A stretch of 64,000 bases of DNA from contig NW_003314265.1 in NCBI RefSeq assembly GCF_000143415.4, forward strand, positions 1,694,446 to 1,758,445, read 5' to 3'. The notes beneath the pieces are model-generated. The model made no database searches. It was not told the origin of the DNA and saw nothing but the letters and a program-made list of their open reading frames with translations. This stretch comes from Selaginella moellendorffii (taxonomy: Eukaryota; Plantae; Lycopodiophyta). The position numbers and the translations under genes were made by a program. Of the stretch, positions 10,863 through 22,392 are shown one piece after another (the first letter of the stretch is position 1; each line of letters starts with the position of its first letter).

Positions 10863-12400
10863 TTAACAAGCAGTTCTCACTCGCTTGGAAGACTGCTCGC
10901 TCAAAAGCCCCCAAAACGCCGTGTCTGGAATGCCGACCACGCTAGGCCAATTCCTCTCCTGCTTGCCCCACATGAGCTTCTGGTACGGGTACGAAGCGAA
11001 AACCTCCTCCGGCACCACGTACAGGAACCTCACAGCTTTGAAACGCTGGATCGCTGCATCAACGTAGCCGAACAAGGCATCCTGCTCCACATTTCGTGTT
11101 ATCCGCAGCAGCCAGCATTCGCCACCCGGAAGAACCGCAAGCGAGTCGTAGCACGGGCACGGCCAGTAAACGGGGACATAGTATCCTGGGCAGTCGGCCT
11201 TGACATCCTTGAGCTTGAGGAAGCGTGACAGTTCGGAACCAAAACCCAAGCACACTGTGTCTGAAGATGCCGTAGCAGCTGGTTGAAGGCGAAGAAGCTT
11301 CACCCTGTCTCAAAAGCTTTCTACTCGCGAACGTACACTCCGCCATGGTGCCTCCCATCACTAGAGAGTGCACCAGATGTTCATACGTACTCGCGACCAT
11401 GGCCGCTTCCTGGGGTATCCGCTTCATCCTCTCGATGAATCTGATATCTTCTTTGATGCCTGTCATGAGCACCCGTTCCGCTTCTAGCCTCGCTTTTACA
11501 TACGGAGACGCGTACGTGACTGCAGCAGTCGTGTAGGTTGAGTCGAGCACTTTAAAATGGAAGAGGTAGCTGCTGGATTCCCGATCCTGTCGATGAGCTC
11601 TCACGATATCTAGGTCGCTGGCATTTCTGGCGTCATCTAGAGCAACTTCAAACCTCGAGTTATAGTCCGGGCAATCGAACTCGTCACATATCGCGCGTGC
11701 CGAGCCACCAAAGCGTGCGTAGCGAGCTTTCATGGCTTCGATGTCTCTAGCCCTGGACGCGGACAAGAGCGCAAGCTCGCAAAGATCCCACGTTGGCATG
11801 TAGAGAACCAGCGTCCGTGTGTCCTTGAGGAACCGCTTGGTGTATGGCGTTTCATCCCAGTCCAACGAGAACACGACCACCTTGCTCAGCTTGTGTACAG
11901 GCCTGAGAGACGGCCCGTTCACCAGAAACACCGTCTTCTCCCGGTCAGCCAGATGATCGAAATTCCCAACCATCCCTTTCCGAACTTGACTCCCGACTTC
12001 ACTCCCCCGAAAGAAGTAACTCGGGCTCGTTTCAACCTGTGGAGCAGACTCTTCCCAGATGATCTTCCACTCCCTGAACGCGGCATGACGGCCAAGCTCG
12101 CACAAGAGATAGCGTCCGAAGCACGTCTTACCAGTTCCTAAGCTTCCTGCTATGCCTCACGGGCCGACCACCTTGCAGCAGCGGCGGCTGCGTACGCAGT
12201 AGAATCCTGTCCCGGATCATCGCCAAGAAGGTGCTATAGTGCTATCTCTCACAAGCAGAGATCCGCTGTCCTCAATGTCGGTGTCTGGAAAGCCAGTACC
12301 CTGTTTGATCACGAACAGGGGCAGAGAAACCTCCACCTTGTGCTTGTTCTCAGAGTCGGCGAGTGGGATTGCCACATTTCTCGTCAGCTATTGCGCAAAC
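10863..12400 (-). pseudogene. second Crinkler/RHS-type NTPase-REase gene, 5' region frameshifted
   Basis: Walker A GSLGTGKT at 12147-12124 preceded by an in-frame TGA; CRN motifs LYMPTWDLCEL, RYARFGGSAR, YASPYV, STYEHLVH. A 43-nt GT-AG intron (11303-11261) joins these to YYVPVYWPCPCYDSL...LLRIT...FLYVVP. Upstream LLVRD and HYSTFL lie in different frames. Confidence 0.72.
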
Positions 12401-12493
12401 AAGATTGGCAATCGTTCTAACCTGGACCGCCATCCTCCCCGCCATAAAGCCTATGGCCTAAGTACTTGTAAAAGTAATAACCACGTGGCATAT

Positions 12494-14053
12494 TTAATTA
12501 TTCAAATGATATTTTTTGTTCTTTTGAGACAAAACACTTAAGTACAAATCGTAAGCTGCCCTGTTGCCTGCATTCATGTTGAGAATGGAGCCTGTGGCGA
12601 GCTTAGCCAGCCCAGGATTGCGGAAGTTTCGACATGCTCCCAGAAAACTCGTCCAGCCGGCTTCACTGGTAGAATTCGTGGTTTCCAGCAGATGCCATGC
12701 TTGGTCCAGGTAACCGGATCTTGCAAGCAGATCGATCATGCAGCAAAAGTGGTGCTTCGTGGGCTCCAAGTTGAAGTCCAGACTCATTGACACGAAGTGT
12801 GATCTTCCATCGCTGAGATTTCCGGTGTGGCTGCAAGTGTGGAGGATTGACAGGAATGATACCTGGTCTGGTGATTCAACGATCTTCATGCTGTCAAACA
12901 GTTCTTTGCTCTCATCCACGTATTTATTTTGAGAGAACGCAGTGAGCAGTGAGTTCCACGAGAATTTATCCCGCTCTAGCATTCTATCAAAGATCGCTTT
13001 AGCAGCCAAAACGTTCCCAGCTTGAGAGTAAGCATCCAGTAGAGAATTCCAGGAGGCCAAGGTTTTCTCCGGCATCGAATCGAAGAACCTTTGTCCGTCC
13101 TCCGAATGACCACTCAAAGCAAATGCTGCAAGCATGGTGTTCCAGGAAACTAAGCTCCACTCAGGCATAAAATTATCAAAAAAAACCTTCGCTTCAATGG
13201 TTCTTCCAGACTTAGAAAATGCATCTAGCATAGAAGTGCAAGTGAAACAGTTTCTCAGAAAGATGCGATCAAACAATGCTTTCGCCTCCTCTAGATCTCC
13301 TCTTTGGGCATACGCTGCAAGCATCAGATTGGAGCAATGAAGATCACACACTGGGAGATTGTCGAAGATCTCGCGAGCTCCGGAAATCTGAGAGTCCCTC
13401 ACGAGTGCCTCGATCACGCAGCTCCACGAGACGATGTCTCCCAGGGGCATTCGATCCAAGAGCTCTCTCGCGGCGCGGGCATCTCCCAGCTTCGCGTACC
13501 CGCAGAGAATGGACGTCCATGAGAAGAGATCACGCTCGGGCATGTCGTCAAAAAATTTTCTCGCTAGTTCCATCTCGTGCATCTGGACATAACACTCGAG
13601 CATCGCCGTCCAGGAGACGAGAGACCTCTCGGGCATGGAATCAAAAACATACCTCGCACTCTCCAGATCCCATAATCGGGCATATGCCGATAGCAAAATT
13701 GTCCATGATACTACGTTATGCTCTGGCATGTTCTGAAATATCACCTTCGATTGATCAATTTCTCCAGTGGTTCTATAAAGGAGAAGCAAGGCATTCCAGG
13801 AAATGATGTTCCTGTCTGCCATAAGACTGAAGATGTTTGTACATTCCATTGTATGCCCACGGCGGGCATGTGCGCAAAGAAGCATATTCCACACCACGAC
13901 ATTCCACCCGGGCATGGAATCAAAGACCGACTTTGCGGCCTTTATGTCTCCGCTTTTGATGAGGGACGAGACCACGAGAGCCCACGAGTGAAGGTTTTTG
14001 CTTTTCAAACCTCCGAGCTCCAACGAGTTCGACCAAAGCATCGAGAGAAACAA
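12494..14053 (-). CDS. PLS-class pentatricopeptide repeat protein (E-type, no DYW)
   Basis: Tandem FDSMPER..VSW.....AY repeats, terminal PDQVSFLSILHTCSHTG..HFCCMIDLLARSG and WTSFLGAC; true start uncertain (first ATG ~14041). Confidence 0.9.
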   Translation of the reverse strand: MFLSMLWSNSLELGGLKSKNLHSWALVVSSLIKSGDIKAAKSVFDSMPGWNVVVWNMLLCAHARRGHTMECTNIFSLMADRNIISWNALLLLYRTTGEIDQSKVIFQNMPEHNVVSWTILLSAYARLWDLESARYVFDSMPERSLVSWTAMLECYVQMHEMELARKFFDDMPERDLFSWTSILCGYAKLGDARAARELLDRMPLGDIVSWSCVIEALVRDSQISGAREIFDNLPVCDLHCSNLMLAAYAQRGDLEEAKALFDRIFLRNCFTCTSMLDAFSKSGRTIEAKVFFDNFMPEWSLVSWNTMLAAFALSGHSEDGQRFFDSMPEKTLASWNSLLDAYSQAGNVLAAKAIFDRMLERDKFSWNSLLTAFSQNKYVDESKELFDSMKIVESPDQVSFLSILHTCSHTGNLSDGRSHFVSMSLDFNLEPTKHHFCCMIDLLARSGYLDQAWHLLETTNSTSEAGWTSFLGACRNFRNPGLAKLATGSILNMNAGNRAAYDLYLSVLSQKNKKYHLNN

Positions 14054-14765
14054 AGAATGTCTCGTGGTACTGTCTCGTAAAGCGCTTAACAGTATAAGAG
14101 TGGAGCATTTCAGTGGACACGAAGCATATTCTAAAACTTACTTGGCACCCTAAAGACTGCAAGTGCTTTCCTTCGATATGTAAAAGCTTGTGAGAGAAGT
14201 GATTGCCCGCTTCAAGGGAGCCAGCATGGTGTAGGATGATGACGTGGCTGATAATGATGCGGGGCATATTACGTCAGGCCGAGCATCGCTCTCGCCAGTG
14301 AAGTGATCACGCGCTCTTTTTTCATAAATTTTTACTAATTGATCAGCAGAGCTCAAGATTTACATGGAACTGTAGTACTTCGAGTGCTCGTACTTTGGGA
14401 TATGAATTTAGTTCTTGATTATAACGAGGATATTTAGATGCTGCATTGCATACTAAAGCTGCTGGACGAAGGCTTGACTCCTCAGAGCTTTAAGGGCGGA
14501 GGAGAAAGATCGGTTGCCGTAAAGCAATGTTTTCTTAAGAAACTTACGTTACTTATATTACTGATTTAAATACTGCTGAATTTCGGGGGATCACGAGGGA
14601 ACGATAGATTGTTTTTCTTGCGTAGAAGGTCGCCCACTACGGGAATTTGCATTCTATCTGGTACCAAAGCTTACAAAAAACTTGCTTCTTGGAGTTAAGA
14701 TTTACGGGCCAGCTTGCGTCAAGAATGTTTTACTTTGCATCCAAAAACCAAAACAAGAACTGATC

Positions 14766-16906
14766 TCATACAAGATCCGGGCTCTCGCTAGAATCAAAAG
14801 CCAGAGCCTTGTACTTGCTCATGTCTTTGCCCTGGAAACTTAACGCGAACTCGTCGTCCGCGTCGAATTTGTCCCACAGAGAGTGGGATTGAGTCGAGAG
14901 ATTGAGGTCTGGCCTTCCTTCGACCAAAAGCTTCACGACCTGGAGAAAGAAATCAAGCAGAGTATTTTAAGGATGGACAAGTCAAAACCGGGAGATAATG
15001 TATAAGAGCTTACGTCTGCCATGCATGGACGTGCTATCGCAGACTGTCGTATGCAAAGCCGTGCCGCAAGAATGGTCTTTTGCACCTCGCTTAAGTTGTA
15101 GGCACCTTTGAGGCGACCGTCCACGAGCTGTTGAATGTTAGCTGATTCAAGCAGCGGTCTCACCTGCGTGAATTGTCATTCATTCATCCAAAACTTTTCT
15201 CGCCAGACTTGACCACACCAATACCGAATAGACGGAACTTCAAAGGCATACCTTCATGACTAGGCTTTTCTGAGTGCTATCAATGGGTCTTAGACCGGTG
15301 ACGAGCTCCAAGAGCAGCACTCCAAACGCGAACACGTCCGTCTTTTCGTCGACAATGCCGTGCAAGAAGTACTCCGGAGCGAGATATCTACAAGAAGAGA
15401 AAAGAAGAAACTCTTGCTGCTCATTCATTCTTACGGAGAAAGAAGGAGAATCTCTTACCCGAAAGTCCCTTCCACTGGAACCGTATGGTGAGTCCATTCC
15501 GATGGCAGCCATTTCGCCAGGCCGAAATCAGTTATCTAGATCGATTAAAGAAAAGGAGGTCAACTACATACCAAGAGAAGAGAAAAAGGGAACAAAAGAA
15601 CGAAGTGAATTGTGAAGTACCTGCGGCTCAAAGTCTGGCCCGAGCAAAATGTTGGATGACTTGATATCCCGATGGATGATCCTGCGCCGACAATTCGAGT
15701 GCAAGTAGTGAAGACCTCTGGCTGTCCCGATCGCGGCCTTAAAGCGTGCGGGCCACTCCATGAGCCGAGAACCTTGAAAAGATTTAAAGATCAAAGATAA
15801 GTTCCGACTTGATTCCAGTTGGATCCACAAAAGTCCAACGCTGCCAACGGGGAAGAAGAATTGATAAATCCAAGAACCAACTAGACCAGCTCCATCCATA
15901 ACAAACACAAACGAAGGAGTCGAGGATCAAGGATCAATCGATCGATCGACAATGCGCGCAAGCAAGGAAAATCTAATCGATCAAGGACCAAGAACAGCAA
16001 GAATCAAACAAGAAATGGATGGATCGATCGGCCATAGCCGGAAGAGAGGCGCTTACCGTGCAGCATTGCGGCGAGGCTTCCATGGGGGAGGAAGTGGAAC
16101 ACGAGGAAGAGGCCGCCATCGACGCAAAACCCTAGCAAGGGCGTGGCGTTTGGGTGAGAAACATGGCCCAAGACGCCCAGCTCCGTGAGAAAACTCGTGC
16201 CCTGCTCCTCTTTACCGCCCCTTGTGAGGCGCTTGACGGCCACCAGCTCGCCACTTGGCAGGCATCCCTTGTAAACATCCGCGTAGCCACCTTTGCCGAT
16301 CAAATTCTCTGCAATTAGCCACGATCAATCAAAGACTTCCAAAGAACAGTCAAGAACAGGAGAGAAACAAGAGAGAACTTTTCCTTGGATTTTTCGTGAT
16401 CTTTTACCTGGATTGAAGCAGCCTGTCGCGGACTCGATCTCGCTGTATCGGAACTGCTTCCATTTGGCCCCTTTTAGCTTCTTGGACTCGACCGCCAGCG
16501 GCGCGACTTTGCTCATGAGCTTGAAGCTCGACGTGCGGAGCTTGCGGGAGCTCCGTCGATCGCTGGGAAATGTGCCCAGCCGGCGGAAGACGGTGAAGCA
16601 GCGGGCGCTGCGATTGCTGTCCTCGCTGCCGCTGCTCGAGGGCGATGTGTTTGAGTGGGAATTCAGGCGCTCGTCGAGAAGATCATGGAAGTGGTGGTGG
16701 TGGTGGTGGTGGTGTCGATGGTGATCATGGAGGAAGCCTGTGCGGATGCTCATTGTGTCGGCGTAGGCGTAGTAGGATTCGCTGCCGCTGCTGCAATTGT
16801 GGTCGAAAGGGGCGTCGAGCACCGCGCGAGGGGACGAGAAATTGCTGGCGTCCAGCAGCATCTGCTTAAGCGTCTGCCTAGGCTGTCCAGCCGATTCAAT
16901 CTCCAT
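14766..16906 (-). CDS. receptor-like cytoplasmic kinase, RLCK-VI (ROP-binding kinase RBK-like), 7 exons
   Basis: [102 protein letters not shown]; last exon ends SPDLV-TGA at 14766; N-terminal poly-His. Confidence 0.9.
16690..16730 (-). repeat. (CAC)n trinucleotide repeat encoding poly-His in the kinase N-terminus
   Basis: gtggtggtggtggtggtggtggtg on the + strand; [15 protein letters not shown] in the ORF. Confidence 0.85.
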
Positions 16907-16945
16907 GGATCCTCTCCAAAGGAAGAAGAAGACTGGAAAGAAGTC

Positions 16946-16980
16946 CAGAGAGAGAGAGAGAGAGAGAGAAGAAGAAGATT
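16946..16980. repeat. (GA)n/(GAA)n microsatellite in the kinase 5' UTR
   Basis: agagagagagagagagagagagagaagaagaag 40-70 nt upstream of the ATG. Confidence 0.85.
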
Positions 16981-18196
16981 ATATAGTCAAAAAGGAGCTG
17001 CTTGCTACTTCCAAAAAGAAAGCAAACAGAGGAGAAGAAAAAAAAACGAAGAAGCTTTAACAATCTTCGAGAGTTGTCACCTTCACATCACTTCACCCAG
17101 GCCAGGGATGGTTGATGAAAGAGCCCATCTCAGCAAGAACACTGATCCAATAACAACTCCTCAAAACCCGCTTGGATGCAAACACTCCAGCTTCCACTCT
17201 GGAGTCACGCCTAGAAACTCGGGAGCTCTGCCTCTCGATCAAGCAGGCGCTGCCTCAATTCCAATTCAGTTGGATCCGGAGATCATGCATCCATCCATCC
17301 ATCCAAGCATCAATCACAATCGCCCTCCAACCGCAGCGAACGATCTGGAAGATTCCCTGAGATGTTTCACCAGGAACACTCGACACGAACACGAAACCCA
17401 GGAGCTCATGCTCACGCTCCAAGCTTCACACGTGCGTTTTAACCAGCCACACAAGAAGACCAGGCGATCGAAGAATTTCTCGGCTCTTATCCCGAGGACG
17501 AGGGTGAGATTCGTTTTTATCGGACATAATCGGCCAATTTGGTCTTGAAGAACAAGAGAGAAAAATCTCTTTTTTAGCTTGCCAGCCTCCAAATGGAAAC
17601 AATCTAAGTCGCAACTGTCACTCCACCTAGCAGCAATCTGGCCGCTCATGCAACTCTCGGGAAAAGAGTAATAAATCTCCTCCAAGATAGAAATCTATTG
17701 GAGCTCCACTCTTATCGCTGGTTCTAATCAAAACCCGCTGAAACTTCCATGGTGGGCTTGCTCCAATTCAAAGCTCGTACTCCATCTCGTAGTTTTATAT
17801 GAATTTCCCGGAGAGCAACATCGTCAGCAGTGATAGATCCCGGGACCACTCTCTTTATTCCCGTCCCTTTTGCTTTGTTCTCTCGCTTCCTCGATCCAAA
17901 TCGGTTTTCTTAGTGCTACTTGAGCTCATGCGTAGCGCTCCATAGATATTAACGTCGTTTTCACCCCCTGGATCAATCAATCAATCAATCAGCAAGGCAC
18001 CAAGAACTGTTTGATCTTCCGCCTGTAGCTGGAATAGTTTGGCAGCCAGCGTGAGTGCTCCTCGCATGTGAATTGTGTCAGTGTTGAGCTAGCATTCCTC
18101 TGTCCGTACGAGACAATGGTCCCTTTTACCCTTACCCTTTTCTCCCGCCACCTTTTTCTCTATAATACCAAGGGAGCTCTCTTCAATCCTTAAGCG

Positions 18197-18526
18197 ATGG
18201 TTGTCATCGAGGAGCTTCCCGACGATTTTGACCAAACGCAAACTCAAGAGCAGCTTCTTCCTCTCCAGATTTGTGCGGCACTGGAAGATCACGGTCACGA
18301 GTATGAAAATGATCCTCAGAAGTTATGGAGGGAAGAGATGAGTAGACACGCGATATACTACACCATGGAGGGACGATACTCGCTTGCCATGCACTATGCC
18401 TCGCTTGTGGGCCGGCCTCCCGAGTTGATGGAGCTCATGGATCGCCTCGCACCAACCAAGCCAAACTTTTTCGATCCCAACTATACGATTTGCAACCATT
18501 CGCCGCTGACATTCGATTATCCTTAG
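18197..18526 (+). CDS. small hypothetical protein (109 aa)
   Basis: ATG-started uninterrupted ORF of ordinary protein-like composition in an otherwise empty gap; no recognised family. Confidence 0.45.
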   Translation: MVVIEELPDDFDQTQTQEQLLPLQICAALEDHGHEYENDPQKLWREEMSRHAIYYTMEGRYSLAMHYASLVGRPPELMELMDRLAPTKPNFFDPNYTICNHSPLTFDYP

Positions 18527-18635
18527 CGAATGTATCTCTTGCTTGTAATTTTGATTGCAAAATTCAAAGGAAAACCTCCGAAAAGAAGAAAGGCGTCGTA
18601 GTTTACCATTAGTCTCAGCTGCGAAAGAACAGGGT

Positions 18636-19227
18636 CTAGAACCGGAGCTTTGTGAAGAACCATTTGTTCTTGCCGGTTTTGAATCTCTCCTCGAAAAGCT
18701 CCTTGACTTCCTGTTTGTTTCCAGCCCGAGAGTTAGCCACAGAGAAAGCGAGAAAAGGGAGAGAGATTTACCTTGCGAGTGGCCTTCTTCTTGGCATCGG
18801 TGTCAAGCTTCTCGGACGTGACAACGTTCTTGAGATCCACATCGAGGGTGTACCTAAGTGAAACAAAGGAATTTAGAACAAGAACCACAAAGAAAAACAA
18901 AGTCGAGCTCTCACCTCGTCGGCATCATGTGGTTGTAGTTCACGAGCTTGACAAAGGGTTTCAATCGGCACCTCTTGGCGATCTTCTTCTGCGACAATTT
19001 CCTGATCACCTGCGAGAATCCAGATTGAAGAAAATGCCCTCCAGATTGGAAATGCCGCAGCTCCAAGCGCATACCTTTCTCGGGTACTTCGAGATCCCGG
19101 CGACCAATGCGTGGCCATAGGGGCGAGCGCCGCCCTCGTCGAAGTTCTTCACTATGACCGCCTTGCGCCCGGCGTAGCGGCCCTGGAGCATCACCACGAC
19201 CTTGTTCGCCTTGAGAAACTTCACCAT
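18636..19227 (-). CDS. RPL27: 60S ribosomal protein L27 (eL27), 4 exons
   Basis: [49 protein letters not shown]|[20 protein letters not shown]|YTLDVDLK..|..[17 protein letters not shown]. Confidence 0.97.
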
Positions 19228-19364
19228 CGTGCCGTGCCTCCGCCGCGCCGCCCCTAAACCCTAAGCTCTACAAGAACCCTAGAACTCGGACAGGGTTCGA
19301 TTCCAGCTAAAACAAAAGAGAATGTTTCAAGGGAATATGCTTCTTCTTCCCGCTAACGCCGCGC
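19228..19364. promoter_or_regulatory. compact bidirectional promoter RPL27/PPR with telo-boxes
   Basis: 137 bp between divergent ATGs, containing ccctaaaccctaa (19251-19264) and aaccctag. Telo-boxes are typical of plant ribosomal-protein promoters. Confidence 0.6.
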
Positions 19365-21839
19365 ATGAATTCCAGCACCGTCGAGGAGCTCGCCGATGCC
19401 CTGAAGCAGTGCGCCAGCGCAAGGGATCTCTCGCGCGGCAAGAATTTACACTCTTTCATTGCCAGCAGCGCGGTCCACAGCCGCGATAAATTCCTCCACA
19501 ATCTCCTCATCCGGATGTATGGCAAGTGCGGCAGCATCGACAGCGCGCGCAGGGTCTTCGATGCCATCCCGGATCGAAATCGCTACTCGTGGAATCTCAT
19601 GCTCCAGGCCTACGCGCAGAACGGGCGGATTGATTGCGCGAGGCAGCTCTTCCAGGACATGGAATCCAATCGCCGCGCTGATGTAGTCTCCTGGACCGTG
19701 ATGGTCACAGCCTACGCACAGATCGGCAGTCTCGACCAGGCTAAGCATCTGTTCGATCGAATGCCGGAGAAAAACCTCGTCTCGTGGAACTCCATGATCA
19801 CCGCATATGCCGCGAACGGGCAACTTGATCTAGCGAGGAAAATGTTTGCCGATATGGAAGATCGAGAGATTGCGAGAGGAGTTGTGACATGGAATACAAT
19901 GATCCAAGCCTACATTGAGGTTGGAAGATTTGACGAAGCAAGGAATCTTTTTCATTCCATGCCAGATCGTAACGTAGTGTCGTGGACGTGCATGATTCCG
20001 GTATATGCCCAGCTTGGGGAAATAGAAAATTGTGAAGATCTCTTTACATCCATGCCGGAACGCAACGTGGTGACGTGGACGGCTATGATACAGGCGTACA
20101 CGCACAACGGAAACATACGGAACGCGGCGAGAATATTCAACACGATGCCGGAGTGGAATCTGGTATCATGGAACTCCATGCTTCAAGCATATGCCGAGGG
20201 AGGGCATCTGGAGGAATCGAAGAGGATCTTTAGCGCTCTTCCCCAGCGTGACATCGTCTCCTGGAATCTCATGATCACGGCGCGCTCACACGAATCGCCA
20301 GAGGCTGCCAATGCGATCTTCGTCGCAATGCCGCTCAGGGATCTCGTGTCCTGGAACTCGATGCTCACGGCGTACGCCCAGTCGGGGCACCATCTCTGCG
20401 AGGCGAAGATCACATTCGACGCCATGCCCGGGAGGGATTCCATCTCCTGGAGCAGCATTCTCTCCAGTGTTGCCGAGAAGGGGGAGATCGAGGCCGCCAA
20501 GGTGCTGTTTGATGCGGCGAGCGCGAGCGCAGGAGGGATTGATAGCAGCGCCCTCATCGCGGCCTATGGCGACCTCGGCTACCTCCGCCAGGCCAGGGCC
20601 CTCTTCGATCGATCGATCAGGAGGAGCATCGTGACCTGGAACGCGATGATCCAGGGGTGTGCGGCAAATGGGCAGCTGGAGGAGGCGCAGCAGCTCTTCG
20701 ATCGGATGCCCGAGAGGAACATCGTGTCGTGGACGGCGATGGTGGCGGCGCACTCCGCTGCCGGAGATCTCCACCGGGCGGAGCTCCTCTTCCAGGCCAT
20801 GCCCGCGAGGAACGCCGTGTCGTGGACGACGATGCTCCAGGCCTATGCCCAACACGGGCATCTTGCCGCCGCCAAGAAGATCTACCACAACCTCCCGCGA
20901 TTCGACGCCGTCGCGGGCAACACGATGATCGCCGCATTGCTGGAGCGCGGCGAGATCGCCCAGGCGCGAGAGATCTTCGATGGATTGCAAGAACGCAACG
21001 CCGGATCCTGGAATGCGCTGATCACAGGCCTTGCGGAGAATGGCGAGCTGGAACCCGCGCGAGTGCTGCTCGAATTCTCAATGCCATGGCTGGAGCTCAA
21101 GCCCTGGACGGCTCTCATCGCCGCGTACGCCCACCGCGGCCACTTCGAAGAGGCCCACGCCATCTTCACGCACCGGCTGCCCGAGCACGACTCCATCCTC
21201 GCCAGCCTCATGGTGACGCTCTATGCCCAACACGGGCATATCCCCCAGGCAAAGGCTTCGTTTGACGGCATATCCCACCGTACCACCGTGTCGTGGAACT
21301 CCCTCGTGGCGGCGTACGGAGAAAGCGGCCTGTTGCGCGACGCAAGCCGGGTCTTCGACAGAATGCCCGAGAGGAATATTGTGTCGTGGAACGCTCTCGT
21401 CGCAGCATATGCCCACAAGGGGCATGGCAGTTTTGCGCTGGAGCTCGCGCGCTACATTGGGCTGCTGGGACTCGAACCCGACGCGGTGACGTTCATGAGC
21501 GTGCTGTCTGTGTGCAGCCACTCGGGTCTTCTCGAGAGGGGGTGGCGGTACTTCCAGATGATGGGCGACTACGGGATTGATCCAATCCGCGACCATTACC
21601 ACTGTATGATTGATCTGCTGAGCAGGGCCGGGGATCTGGAGATGGCCAGGGAGCTCATACGAACGATGCCGTTTGAGTGTGATGCCTTGGCGTGGAAGAC
21701 ACTCTTGGGCGGGTGTAAAGTCCAGGATGACGCTGGAAGAGGGGAGGATGCCGCGAGATCCGCTTTAGGGGCCTGTCCCCAGGAATCATCCAACTATGTG
21801 CTCCTGGCAGATATCTATTCATCTAAAAGTAGCTCCTGA
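19365..21839 (+). CDS. PLS-class PPR protein (E-type, no DYW), intronless, 824 aa
   Basis: ALKQCASARDLSRGK..RDKFLHNLLIRMYGKCG start, ~20 MPERNVVSW-type repeats, PDAVTFMSVLSVCSHSG, HYHCMIDLLSRAG, WKTLLGGC, NYVLLADIY. Confidence 0.95.
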   Translation: MNSSTVEELADALKQCASARDLSRGKNLHSFIASSAVHSRDKFLHNLLIRMYGKCGSIDSARRVFDAIPDRNRYSWNLMLQAYAQNGRIDCARQLFQDMESNRRADVVSWTVMVTAYAQIGSLDQAKHLFDRMPEKNLVSWNSMITAYAANGQLDLARKMFADMEDREIARGVVTWNTMIQAYIEVGRFDEARNLFHSMPDRNVVSWTCMIPVYAQLGEIENCEDLFTSMPERNVVTWTAMIQAYTHNGNIRNAARIFNTMPEWNLVSWNSMLQAYAEGGHLEESKRIFSALPQRDIVSWNLMITARSHESPEAANAIFVAMPLRDLVSWNSMLTAYAQSGHHLCEAKITFDAMPGRDSISWSSILSSVAEKGEIEAAKVLFDAASASAGGIDSSALIAAYGDLGYLRQARALFDRSIRRSIVTWNAMIQGCAANGQLEEAQQLFDRMPERNIVSWTAMVAAHSAAGDLHRAELLFQAMPARNAVSWTTMLQAYAQHGHLAAAKKIYHNLPRFDAVAGNTMIAALLERGEIAQAREIFDGLQERNAGSWNALITGLAENGELEPARVLLEFSMPWLELKPWTALIAAYAHRGHFEEAHAIFTHRLPEHDSILASLMVTLYAQHGHIPQAKASFDGISHRTTVSWNSLVAAYGESGLLRDASRVFDRMPERNIVSWNALVAAYAHKGHGSFALELARYIGLLGLEPDAVTFMSVLSVCSHSGLLERGWRYFQMMGDYGIDPIRDHYHCMIDLLSRAGDLEMARELIRTMPFECDALAWKTLLGGCKVQDDAGRGEDAARSALGACPQESSNYVLLADIYSSKSSS

Positions 21840-22392
21840 CATTCTCCTCTTACAATTTTTTTTTTCTAAGATGGGTGGATTTGTTAATGTCAACCTTTTT
21901 TGTGGCGGTGTACAGCACAGACAATGCCACTGATTTTTGGTTGCAACACATGTTGTGAAGATCATGGCATATTGTAAAGAAGTAAAAGTAATTCAAAGGA
22001 GTGAGGAAAAGCGGATTGTACCTGGATGGATTTAAATGGATCTAAATGCTTATGGAATCTTGTAAACTACTGAACCTGACCCTGATGATGTCACGCCATA
22101 GATGCATCTGGGTGGTTAATACTAGTGGCATTTTTTTCTTTACGAATTTCTATTGCAATTTTGTTTTTTACCACCAACAGTGGAAGCAACATTTGTGAAA
22201 TTTCGAGCAATGAAAGAGCTGCGCCACCAAAGAGAGACATACAAAATGGTTAGAAGAGAGAGAGAAGGGACGAAAACGATCGTTCGCGAGGAAGAACTAG
22301 TGAGTGACGATGATCCTTTGTACTTTTGTCAACCCAGCTGCTGCGATGCATTCAAAGTTTCCCAGGAGAGAGTGGAGCGCTGCTGCGACGAC

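Noticed and set aside
14420-14530. Kinase-like words (GGGERSVAVK)
   Set aside because: Too short, with no other kinase subdomains in order.
16655-17548. 297-aa plus-strand ORF
   Set aside because: Runs antisense through the kinase poly-His codons and GA microsatellite 5' UTR; low complexity and no ATG start.
21923-22132. 9-bp inverted repeat AATGCCACT/AGTGGCATT and a CTGATGA motif (MITE, snoRNA or hammerhead?)
   Set aside because: A 9-bp match can arise by chance in a few hundred bp; no TSD, no correctly placed C/D pair and no hammerhead stem II/GAAA.
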